Source: Octopus sinensis (Eukaryota). From it: a stretch of DNA of 64,000 nt. Positions 11,893-22,699 of the stretch are shown one piece after another. The stretch spans positions 61,938,001 to 62,002,000 of the forward strand of contig NC_043003.1 of the NCBI RefSeq assembly GCF_006345805.1, written 5' to 3'. Numbering within the stretch: the first letter of the stretch is position 1; each line of letters opens with the position of its first letter. A program made the translations under genes and the position numbers. The notes below the pieces were generated by a model. That model made no database searches, had not been told where the DNA came from, and was given only the letters and a program-made list of their open reading frames with translations.

Positions 11893-14460
11893 TATTACTA
11901 ATCAAGATGACTGTTTTATAGTTAGTATTTATTTTAATGTTACTAATGGATTAAAGTCAAAATAAAATCTTGTATTATTTAAAATCAGAATGTAATTATT
12001 TGAAAGTAAGTATTATAACTCATTTAGTCTTACCACTTTACTATTGTTGCCAATTTTCACTGTCGGAAGCAAACTTTTGCTAATGTTCTTATCCATAGGA
12101 AAGAAAAATCTTGTAAAATTTACTATTTGTGACTGTCTGTTTCTCTAAAGAAATATATAATATAATCAAGAGAAAGGGTATAAGAAAGGACAATAATAAT
12201 TTACTTGGATTCTTCTGTTTTCCCAACATTTAGTGCCTGGTGTCTTCTAGTTTGCAAGATCTATTGATAAATGAATAAGAGTGCTATTTAGATATTGAGA
12301 GCTGATCAAATTTTAATGGTCACTTTTAAAACATTTTAGAACTAAAAATATCAATGATGTTTTTAAGTCAAGATCATTACTGTCAAAAGCCACTTATGCT
12401 TATTTTCATACTATAAAGTAAATTTTGCAAAATTCAGTTTATTTCAAAGTTAAGCATTTTCTTTTTCATTATTTTTGATACTGAACTATTTTTTGCAACT
12501 GTCTTCAATGTTAATACTATATACCCAAAGTCAATAGAGACTACTTGTTCACATTTCTTATTTTCTTTAAATCTCTTATCTTATTTGAATGTTTTACAAT
12601 TCACTTATTTTGTCATTTAAATTGTTTGTTCTTGCATAGTTTGTATAGATGAAATAACTAATTTTCCCAAGGAAGTATTTTCTTGTAAAAATTAGCAATT
12701 AATTATGACTATAAAGCAAGGAAATTTTGGCATTGTTGCTAAAGATATGATGTTTTAAATATAACGTATTAAAATTTACTTGATGTTTCACCCTTCTTTT
12801 CAATGCTTTTAGTTTATTTTTGCGTTACATAGATAGTTTGAAGCATAGAGTATTTGAATAATGAAGAAATCTTTTGTTTTTTTTTTGTTAAAAAAAATGC
12901 TACCACAGATGTGTATGACGTTTTCTTCATTTTATATCTCAAAAGAAGAATGGGTGTTACCTTATGTTAGTGAATAAATTTCATTTATGAGAAAATCACA
13001 TAGATTTATCATCTGTTGATTTGTGAGAAATCCATATGGTTGTTAACTTATTGAATGTCAGATGATTAGCTATTCCAATTCTAACAACGACTTCAAGGTT
13101 GATGAAAGTACAGTGATTTGATTGCTAATAATGTTACCTTGCAAAATATTTTGTCTCAAATGTATGAACACACACACACACATAAAGAGAGGGACTGTCT
13201 TTGAGGTTAACAATCTGATTTTTTTAATTATAAATCATTGATAATGCTTTAACATGCTTTTCTCTGTGTTTGTACGTGTTGGATAGGGCAGCTGTAGACC
13301 ATTACCACTCATCTTGGTCTTTCGTCATCTCGTCTGGAAGGCACAGTTCCTCAGATTGACTATCATGCTTTTCTTTGCTACAAGTTCATTCTATTGTGAA
13401 CACCTAACACCTTTTAATTTAGTACTCACCAGCTAATAGCATATATTTGTCTCTCCTTCATACATTTGCCAAAGCTGGGTGTATAATATTAACTTGCATG
13501 AAAATTAGAGCACAAATGAACTAAGATAGAAACTAAGCTTCTGGCTGATAACTCTCCTGTGCATTTGTGCCTTTGAAGTGTTAGTCTCTCCTCTATCATC
13601 TGGCAGTAAATTTGTTGTGTACATGTTAGTTGCACAAGATAATAGCAAAATGTTCCTATTCATTCTTTTTCTACATATTGAGTAAAAGCGATATTGCAAA
13701 TGGTGCTGGGTTTTGTGCTCTGTAACTACACAGTACAATGGTATATGCCATCTTCTACTTAAGTTATTGTTGTTTAAATTACTATTAAAGAAGACAAGAT
13801 ATATCACCAATTGGAATGATCATAGTTTCTGTGTTATAATAAGTAACATAATATTTACATGGAACACTATGAAAATTTCACTCTGAGAGATCTGAAAAGT
13901 GCAAAACTAACCGAGAATTTTGCTCAGATATGTGGATGATACCTTAATTCTGTAGAAGCACCAAAACTATGTCCATGTCATACTGGATAATATGACTGCA
14001 TATAAATCTATACTACTGAAAGGGAAAATATTAGAAGTACTTTGCTGTACATAGAAGTTGCTATCAAATCATTTATGTATCAAAAGCTAACATCCATTCA
14101 ATTCAATATAAATTATGAGCTCAACCACTATTATAGTGTTGGGAAAGTTATTGCTATGGTCTGGCTGAGAATTCAAAGTATAACTTCAATATATAATATT
14201 CGATGTAACATTAAATCAATTTTCAGGATGAACACTGCAATCTGCAGTTCTTTAAACAGAGTTAAATCCACTCAAATGCAGGAAGAATTGAAATCATTGC
14301 ATATATAACATGCCAATCAATTGTGGTTGGGTCTACAAAAGGAAATCAGGAAAACACATAAATATTAGAATCATGGAATATCAAAAAGCCAGTAGAAAGT
14401 ATAGAAAATAGAAGGTAGAGTTAGAGTATGAAGAATTTAATCTGAGAATCTAATCTGTAA

Positions 14461-15183
14461 AATTAGTGCCATTGTATCCTAATGTAGCTGCTAGCAATGA
14501 AAACTGGGTTTAAATAGCTCTTAAATTGTCATGTATTTGTCCTATTTATCTATGGTGTAGTAGATTGAATCTTGTGCAAAATAAAAGTTCATGGAAATGA
14601 ATATAAATATTATAAATATGACACCTGATGATAAGAGATCAAATCATTTAACTTGCAGTAATTAACAAAAGATGAAAATCTGAGATTAACAGTCTGAGAA
14701 AAATAATTCTGTCAGTACTAATAACTTAAAACATTTAATTTTCATTCTGAGTTTAAGTTTTTACTTAAAATTCATGTACATCAAAACTGTGTTTTTATAT
14801 GTGAAGAAGTGAAATTGTTTTATAAAGGAAATATGTCTTTTCTGTAGACTTGCCTCACCAGGAAAATAAAATCAATATTAAAATGCTGTATATTGATATA
14901 TTGGCAGATAAGCATTGGCAGTTGTAGCAACTGAAAAATCAGTAAAGCATAACTCCATACTTCTATACTTTATGCATATATGTTTATATTAGTAGTAGTG
15001 ATGATATTAGTAGTTGTACTCTGAGTTTTGCAGACCCAGTTATCATCTTATTAGTGACAATGTATCCTAATATGGCTGCTAGTAATAAAAATGGGTTTAA
15101 ATATCACTTAAATTGCCATGCATTTGTACTATTTAACTTTGCTTTAATAGATTAAAGCTTGTGTGAAATAAAAGATCATGGAA
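14461..15183 (+). repeat. Diverged direct duplication of about 135 bp (14461-14597 and 15049-15183)
   Basis: attagtgccattgtatcctaatgtagctgctagcaatg...aaataaaagttcatggaaa vs attagtgacaatgtatcctaatatggctgctagtaata...aaataaaagatcatggaaa; roughly three-quarters identical by eye. Confidence 0.8.
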
Positions 15184-16375
15184 ACATGTAAATGTGACAA
15201 ATCTGTCAAAAGGCTTTTTCTCTATTGCCATTTACCAATAATCTTGTGACAATTTTAAACTAAAGTTGTCATTAGGAATGACTTTGACAGTATACCATGG
15301 AAATATTTTCAGTATTGTTAATATTTGGTATCTATCACTATTCCTTTGAATTATGAATTCTCATTTTCTATGTACCTTTATGAAATGTGTTAATTAGGCT
15401 CTTTCTAATTTATATCAACCTATTCAGATGATCTGAGTTTTGTTATCTCACATATTATGTATCTTGACATTAACGGCCAACATACAGTTGAAGAATTTAC
15501 ATTCAGTATATAGTTTCAACACTTTTTCTAACGTTAAGTTCACACACTTGTTACATTATTTCCTTCTAGTGAGCAAACCTTCTTCAAAACATCCTATAAT
15601 GTGATCATGACAACCTAGTCTTATTCAACTGACATAAAACATTTCATTCTTACTCTTAATCAACATATAATGCAAACCAGCAAACTCTTTTTAAATACTA
15701 GCTTTTATAAGATTGAAGATATGGTGACTATATTTTTCACATTAAAAATTTTATTGCAATGACTGGGCTTCCTTTCCTATGTTACAAAGTCTAGCTTGGA
15801 AAAATTAGGATACATTCTACATTACAGTACATTACAGCTTTCACAAGATTTAAAATTCCTTCCATCACCCACATAAAAAAAAAAAATGAAAAACATTTAA
15901 CAAGCAAACCCTCACAGTAACCCTTTTCAAACATTAGTTCAGTACATTCACCAAGAAATGAGCTGTTCTGTCTCTTTTTAAAATCTGATACATCAGCTGT
16001 CTTGGCTGTGTAAAACATGCTGACTGTATTAATATCTATATTTAAACACACTTGTTGCAGCTGCCCTGTCTATTATTCACTGTCTTACACAATCCAGTTC
16101 TTTTCAACACATTATGCTTGCTCCTTTTAGTTCAGGACTGTATCATTTTCATACATTTTCTTGTTTCCTTTCAAACAAAATGTGCAAGAATTCAAACTGA
16201 ATATTACTTGCATTACCACCTTTTACTCCTTGTTGTTAATATTCCTCAGCTTAAAAGAGGTTAATATTCCTTAGTTTAGAAGATGCTGGAGTTGCCTCTT
16301 TATCTAATATGATTAAAAAACATACAATTCATGAAGGTACTATATTCTAAGATGTTCAAATCAATCATTAAATTT

Positions 16376-16395
16376 CACACACACACACACACACA

Positions 16396-16436
<41 letters not shown>

Positions 16437-16589
16437 CTCTCTCTCTCACTCATGCACATAGACACTCTCTCACACACCCACATACACACACACACTCTCT
16501 CTCTCACTCATGCACATAGAAACTCTCTCACACCCCCACATACACACCCACCCACCCACTCTCTCTTTCCCATACATGTGTGCATATGT

Positions 16590-16620
<31 letters not shown>

Positions 16621-16945
16621 AACTATGAAAACTGTAATAGTAATGCATATGGGTGAATGTATAGAGATAGATATGTGTGCCAGTATGTGTGTTTCATACA
16701 TGTGTATGAACACACACATGTATGAAACCATGACATTGGAACATGATGTAAGCAAACTCTTCAAACTGTCCAAACAATGCCAGTATAGAGAATGGACACT
16801 AAAAGGTGATGATATATATATCTGCTTATATGTATTTATGCATGTTTATTTGTGTGTGTATATATATATGTGTGTGTGTGTATGTAGGTATACATGCATA
16901 TATGCACATACATACGTATATATACAATGCATACATGAATATACA
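16376..16945. repeat. Compound microsatellite block (CA)n/(CT)n/(TA)n/(TG)n with an internal duplication of about 60 bp
   Basis: Directly visible; ctctctctcactcatgcacataga occurs twice (about 16440 and 16500). Confidence 0.9.
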
Positions 16946-17162
16946 CATCATCATCATCGTTTAACATCCACTTGCCATACTGGCATGGTTTGGACAGTTT
17001 AACTGAAGACTGGCAAGCCAAGTGGCTGCACCAAGCTCCAATCTTCTCTGGCAAGGTTTCTACAGCTGGATGCCCTTCCTAAGGCCAAGAACTCTGAGTA
17101 TGTAGTGGTTGCTCTTTTATCTGCCACTGGCATGGGAGTCCATGAGGTAGCACTGGCATCAA
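16946..17162 (-). mobile_element. RTE LINE 3' end, (CAT)n on +
   Basis: catcatcatcatcgtttaacatcc...tttctacagctggatgcccttcctaaggcca. Confidence 0.8.
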
Positions 17163-17252
17163 CCATATATACTTATCGACATATAAATAATTATATTTAT
17201 ACACATACACATATATATACATGTGTGTGTCTGTATATATAAAATGTTTATA

Positions 17253-18087
17253 CAGGATGTGGTGAATAAACTGTCACCTAAATTATGCAAAAATGAAAAT
17301 AACACTGACATCTCATTTTAACAGATATATTTACAAAAATTACTTTAAAATATCTTGAAATACTAAATTTATTCAATAACATCTCCATTCACTTCAACCA
17401 TGGCCTCCAGACAACTCCGGAATCTCCTGCAACTCTTCTGGACAGTCTCCTTGTTTAAGTTGGTGAATGCTGCCATAACCCTTGCCTTCAGTTCATCTCT
17501 GGTGTTACAAGGAATTTTGTTGGTCTCTTACTCAACTGTGCCCCACACATAATCAAGGGAGTTGCAATCTGAGGAGTTAGGTGGCCAGATGTTTGGGGTG
17601 GTGTGGTTGCAGATATTGCTTGACAGCCATGACTGGGTTCTGCTTGTGTGGCATGGTTCAGAGTCCGGTTGCCAGACATAGGGTCTTCCAACAGCCACCC
17701 TCTTCACCCAGGACAGCACTACGTCCTCCAGACACTTGATGCAGGCCTTTGTGTTGAGTCTGAGGCTGTGAGGGAAGATGAACAGAGGCATAACATCGCC
17801 ATCATTAGTGATCACTCCAAACACCATGATATTGACTGGATGTTTGATTTTTATTACACTCAGTACATGTCCTCAGACTGACACCCAAATACTCTGAAAT
17901 GTTAATATAGGAGCTTCTGGCATGAATGTCATACAGTACAGCATACCATTTCCTAATTTCTGGCTGAGTGAATTGCATTATGGTGCTGTTTTTCTTACAG
18001 ATGGTGCCCAACTGACCATAATATGCTGTGTAGTTGACAAAATCAAAAACAAATAGTGCACATGAACAATTTGCCCATCACACCCTG
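17253..18087 (-). mobile_element. Internally deleted Tc1/mariner element of maT (DD37D)-like type
   Basis: TA-flanked imperfect TIRs caggatgtggtgaataaa / tttgcccatcacaccctg. Transposase remnant MVFGVITNDGDVMPLFIFPHSLRLN...VWQPDSEPCHTSR...WPPNSSDCNSLDYVWG has 36 residues between the 2nd and 3rd Asp in this decayed copy. Confidence 0.88.
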
Positions 18088-18124
18088 TACATATGTATAG
18101 ACATATTGATACTTATGCGCACAT

Positions 18125-18330
18125 TTATATTCTTGTACTTGTTTCAGTCATTTGACTGTGACCATGCTAGAGCACCGCCTTTTAGTTGAACAAATCGACC
18201 CCAAGACTTATTCTTTGTAAGCCTAGTTCTTATTCAATCGGTCTCTTTTGCCGAACCACTAAGTTACGGGGATGTAAACACACCAGCATTGGTTGTCATG
18301 GGATGGTGAGGGAGACAAACACAGACACGC
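18125..18330 (-). mobile_element. CORE-type octopus SINE (same family as 59180-59400)
   Basis: cttgtttcagtcatttgactgtgaccatgctagagcaccgcc...atcgaccccaagacttattctttgtaagcctag...gccgaaccactaagttacggggatgtaaacacacc. Confidence 0.85.
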
Positions 18331-18472
18331 AATCATACACGCATGCACACACACACACATGTATATGTGCATATTCATGTATATCTGTGTGTGAATGTAT
18401 ATACACACACACAGATATATATATATGTGTGTATATATATATATATATTCATATATATACATATTCATATAT

Positions 18473-18729
18473 ATCATCATCGTCATCATCATCGATCAAC
18501 GTCCGTTTTCCATGCTAGCATGGGTTGGATGGTTCGATTGGGGTCTGGGAAGCCAGAAGGCTGCACCAGGCTCCAGTCTGATCTGGCAGTGTTTCTACAG
18601 TTGGATGCTCTTCCTAATGCCAATCACTCTGTGAGTGTAGTGGGTGCTTTTTACGTGCTACCAGCACAGGAGCCAAACGAGGCTGGCAACAGCCATGATT
18701 GGTTGGCGCTTTTTATGTGCCATGGCATG

Positions 18730-18730
<1 letters not shown>
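18473..18730 (-). mobile_element. RTE LINE 3' end
   Basis: (CAT)n followed by ttttccatgctagcatgggttgg...gtttctacagttggatgctcttcctaatgccaatcactctgtgagtgtagtgggtgctttttacgtgc. Confidence 0.85.
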
Positions 18731-18769
<39 letters not shown>

Positions 18770-18851
18770 GGTCCCGGGTTGATTCGGGGTTAACCACAGT
18801 AAATAAGGTACTCAATACATAGCAGAGTAAAATTAATTTATTATATAGAAG

Positions 18852-18904
18852 GAGCTTCTACAGGACTAGAACTGTTTCATTCAAGAGAAATCATCAGGAA
18901 GCTC
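18852..18904 (-). ncRNA. Type I hammerhead ribozyme motif (Penelope-like element pLTR remnant)
   Basis: Minus strand: GAGCUUC-CUGAUGA-UUUCUCUUGAAU-GAAA-CAG-UUCUAGUC-CUG-UA-GAAGCUC. Stem I is a perfect 7 bp, stem III is ACAG/CUGU, cleavage triplet GUA, AATAAA about 10 nt downstream. Stem II is weak (U.U at its base plus 3 bp). Confidence 0.78.
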
Positions 18905-18914
18905 ATATATATAG

Positions 18915-20340
18915 GATGGTATGATGCATGTGTGTGAACAGCCATGCTACATGGCAGTGAAACATGGGCTTTGATTACTGAGAACATGTGTAAGCTTGCA
19001 AGGGATGAAGCCAGTATGCTCTGCTGGATGTGTAATGTCAGTGTGCATACACGACAGAGTGTAGGCGCCCTGAGAGAAAGATGTGGTGTGCAAGAGAGAC
19101 AACTGTGCTGGTATGGTCATATGCTGTGAATAGTTGAGGACAGCTGTGTGAGAAAGTCTCAAACTCTATCAGTAGAAGGAACATGTGGAAGAGGTTGACC
19201 CAGGAAGACCTGGGTTGAGGTGTCAAGCACAACCTGCGAACATTGGTCCACACCGAGGCAATGACAAATGACTGAGACCTTTGGAATTATGCTGTGCTTG
19301 AGCAGACCCGGCAAGCCAAGTGAGACCATAACCTATGCCAGTGCAGTATAATCAGCCCATTTAAATTGCACTTGCGAAGTGAAATCATTGTCATGGCCAA
19401 TGCCAGTGGAATGTTAAAAGCACCATTCCAGCATGATCATTGCCAGTGACGACTGACTGGCTCCCGTGCCAGTGGCACATAAAATGCACCATTCGAGTGT
19501 GATCATTGCCAGTGTTGCTCTACTGGCTCCTGTGCTGTTGGCATGTATTGGGTTGTCCGGAAAGTTTGTGCCAATTTTTTAAGGAAAGTAAAAGGTCAAT
19601 AGATACTTGCGTTTCATTTTTAATCAACCAAATATGAACCATTTTGTTGCACAATGCGTCTCCATCTTTCCTTTATCTTGAAAATACCCTCTTCCCAGAA
19701 TTGAGGTGGTTTCATGCAAAGAATTCATCAAGGTATCTTTTTACGTCATCCAAGGAATTGAAATTTTTACCATTAAGACTATTCTGCAGAGACCTGAATA
19801 AGTGGAAATCCGAAGGAGCGATATCTGGTGAATATGGAGGGTGGGGTAACACATCCCAGCCGAGCTGCAGCAATTTTCATCTGGTTCCCAAAGCATCAAG
19901 TGCCGAAAATGAACTTTCTTATCTTCCATTTTAAAGGGTTACAGAATTAACACAGGTTATTGGAACATAAACCTTCTTCCATGAAAAGATAGCTTAAACT
20001 GTGCTCTAAATAGAGGTGTAGTCAAATCCTATTTCATAGACTTAACCATGTTCTAAAATAAGTTGAAAGGTAAGCTACTATAAATTGGCACAAACTTTCC
20101 AGATAACCCAATAAAAAGCACTATTTGAGCATGGTTGAATCTAGTTCCACCTGACTGACCCTCTTGCCGGTGGCACGTAAAAATCACCCACTACATTCTC
20201 AGAGTAGTTGGCATTAGGAAGGGCATCCAGCTGTAGAAACTTTGCCATATCAAACTGGAACCTGGTGCAGCTGTCTGGTTTGCCAGACTGGCCAACTCAT
20301 GCCAGCATGGAAAGCAGATGTTAGACGATGATGATGATGA
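18915..20340 (+). mobile_element. RTE LINE fragment (ORF2 C-terminus, 3' UTR repeats, (GAT)n), interrupted by a mariner MITE
   Basis: MLHGSETWALITENMCKLARDEASMLCWMCNVSV...RQLCWYGH; repeat units ggcacgtaaaa..cacc; tail gacgatgatgatgatga. Confidence 0.88.
19548..20111 (-). mobile_element. Internally deleted mariner element with intact TIRs and TA target-site duplication
   Basis: TIRs ttgggttgtccggaaagtttgtgccaattt / aaattggcacaaactttccagataacccaa; TA at 19546-19547 and 20112-20113. Encodes LGWDVLPHPPYSPDIAPSDFHLFRSLQNSLNGKNFNSLDDVKRYLDEF. Confidence 0.95.
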
Positions 20341-20351
20341 CATACACACAC

Positions 20352-20512
20352 ACGCTCTCAGAGTGGTTGGAATTACGAAGGGTATCTAGCCATAGAAACT
20401 TTGCCAAATCAGACTAGGGTCTGGTGCAGCCCCTCAGCTTACCAGTCCAGGTCAAAGGAACCAACCCATGCTAGCATGGACAACATATGTTAAATGATGA
20501 TGATGATGATGA
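20352..20512 (+). mobile_element. Second RTE 3'-end copy in tandem
   Basis: ctctcagagtggttggaattacgaagggtatctagccatagaaactttgcc...catgctagcatggacaacatatgttaaatgatgatgatgatgatga. Confidence 0.8.
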
Positions 20513-20554
20513 TATATATATATACATGGATATATATATAGTGGATTCACCTAT

Positions 20555-20812
20555 CGAAGACGACATATAAGTGTTCAGCTTTTGCCGAACGACCTGCACA
20601 AAGGATTTGTTTATAGTGATTAAATGTTTGTACTGCACATTAGTGCACTCTCTCCATCAAATCAATGTTGCCTGAGCAGATGCACTGTGTATTACGTGTC
20701 ATGTATCAAAGTAATCACAGAGCAATGCAAGATGAAGTATTTTACTCAAGAACACGATGCACCATCTGCTCTTGCAATCGTACAACACCTTAACCACTAG
20801 GCTATGCACCCT
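20555..20812 (-). mobile_element. tRNA-derived SINE remnant
   Basis: Minus strand begins ggtgcatagcctagtggttaaggtgttg (A-box-like), followed by gtgttcttgagtaaaatacttcatcttgcattgctctgtg. Confidence 0.6.
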
Positions 20813-20894
20813 CATATACATACATATGTATATATATATATATATGAAAAAACAAGTCAAAAATAGAAAATGCTAAGATGATTTTATAGTGAAT

Positions 20895-20940
20895 CTTTCA
20901 GTACCGGTTTCGGTCATTTTGAGACCTTTTCAACTGTAAG
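20895..20940 (-). ncRNA. Minimal (dimer-type) type I hammerhead ribozyme variant with U3-A8 core, Penelope-like element end
   Basis: Minus strand: CUUACAG-UUGAAAA-GGUC-UCAAAAU-GACC-GAAA-CCGG-UA-CUGAAAG. Stem II GGUC/GACC is perfect, ACCGGU palindrome replaces stem III, cleavage triplet GUA, stem I has 6 of 7 pairs. Confidence 0.75.
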
Positions 20941-22699
20941 GATTAAATAATTAAATTTAGAAAAATTAGAAGAAAAGTTTTTTTAAAAGAATATTTCTGT
21001 AGTAGTGTTCAGATATAAGTAGCATTCTGCTTTTCTCTGACTCCCTTGTTTGCACTTGTGTGTTCGAGGTCGTTTTGAGTTCTTGGTGAGTTCTTATATA
21101 TATATATATATATATATAAATGCATGTGTGTGTGTATGTGTGGATACACACCCACCCACACATATCACATATATGTATAAGTCTCTGTATTCACATATAT
21201 GAATATACATACATCATACATACATATATATATATGTTTATACCTTGTATGTGTGTATAATGTGGATAATATAATGTATTTCTGGAAATAAACTATATTT
21301 TCAATTTCTTTTTCAAATAGTTCATCTTATTTATTTATTGCTCATTATAAGGCTGTATTATGCTTTCCCCTCCATTGACAAACATCCATTTACTTATTTG
21401 ATAAATGTCTTAAAAAATGATATTTTTATTTGTGTAAAAACTTAACAAATGAAATTAGAAAACATTTGTAAAAAGATCTTTTTGCGATAAGTGATCTTTA
21501 AATATTATAATTTAAAGCATAGGTCTATAAAATTGTCTTTAATTTTCAGAAACTTATGAGGAATATGTTAATTACAATCAATTCCATATATCTTCAGATC
21601 TAAATAAATGAATGATTGAACCAAAGGATATACATTTTATCATTATCGTTGCATAATAGGGATGATCAGTAATATTTGAATAAATTAATTTTATTATATA
21701 TGTTAATTTGAAATCTTTTTGTTGGCCATTGAGTAAATATGAGGAAAATAATACCTTTTATGTGAAATAAGATGAATTGTCTGTTTTATCATAGTTATAC
21801 AGATAGATTTGTATTATGTATAAAGATGATGAAGAATAAAAGTGGTCTTTTGAAATGCATATTTGGCAGAAATTTTCTGCATAATATCATATTAACAAAA
21901 GGCTTAAGTTCTCAGTTTGTCAAGATTTGGTATTATGCTACACTCAGAAAATTTGATAAAATTCAGAAAATATGCAAATATTTTTTATGTTTACTGGAAA
22001 TGCAGCTAGTTATATCTGACAAATTGTTTTCAATGAAAATGAAATAATTGATTATGAAAATAACAGTTTATTTATTGTTGTGAAGATAAAAATCATTATG
22101 AGCATAATTTCTTTAATTTTGTTTCAAAAATAAACTTTTCTTCTTTTATCTATTTCACTATTAATTTACTTCTTGAATGTAGATTTATTAATTTTTTAAA
22201 ATATTAAATGTAAATTGTTATTTTATTTAGTAAATGTATTGTAGGGCTATAGATTTAAATAAATGGACAGCAAGATATTTACAAGAGGATACAGTATGTT
22301 CTTTTAATCCAGAAAACATTTCTATATAAATATTGCAAAATTTTAAAAATACTTAATCTTTTCCATCATTTTCATTAAAACATCCTCATGGATATTTAAA
22401 GGCTGATTGTCTCTATTTCTAAGTTAAATATTTTTGAGTAATGGTAATCATGCAACTGTCAGTCCTATAATCTTTAATAAACTATGCTGTTGGAATGGCT
22501 GCAAAACTCTGCTAGCTTTGACTCTTCATTATTAATTTGATAAGGCAGTATAAGTTAGATCATAACTGCAATCTCAACGTACATAAAATCCTGCATCCAT
22601 TACTTGAAATATCACACAACATTCAAATATTCACAGGTCATAATACTACATTAGAAAAACTAGAAAAACAAATATTCAAAGTAAAAACCAATAATGTTG

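Noticed and set aside
14848-14930. TCLTRKIKS, resembling human SPO11 exon 3 (CTTRKIKS)
   Set aside because: Wrong phase, runs into a stop, no donor. The real exon 3 is at 53559.
16233-16284. Possible minus-strand terminal exon (KEATPASSKLRNINLF*)
   Set aside because: Too short to evaluate and no linked upstream exon found.
16331-18822. His/Thr/Tyr/Ile/Val/Cys-rich ORFs in the track (also 3239, 44501, 46097, 47467, 48734)
   Set aside because: Translations of (CA)n, (TA)n, (TG)n and (TAG)n microsatellites and TE tails, not genes.
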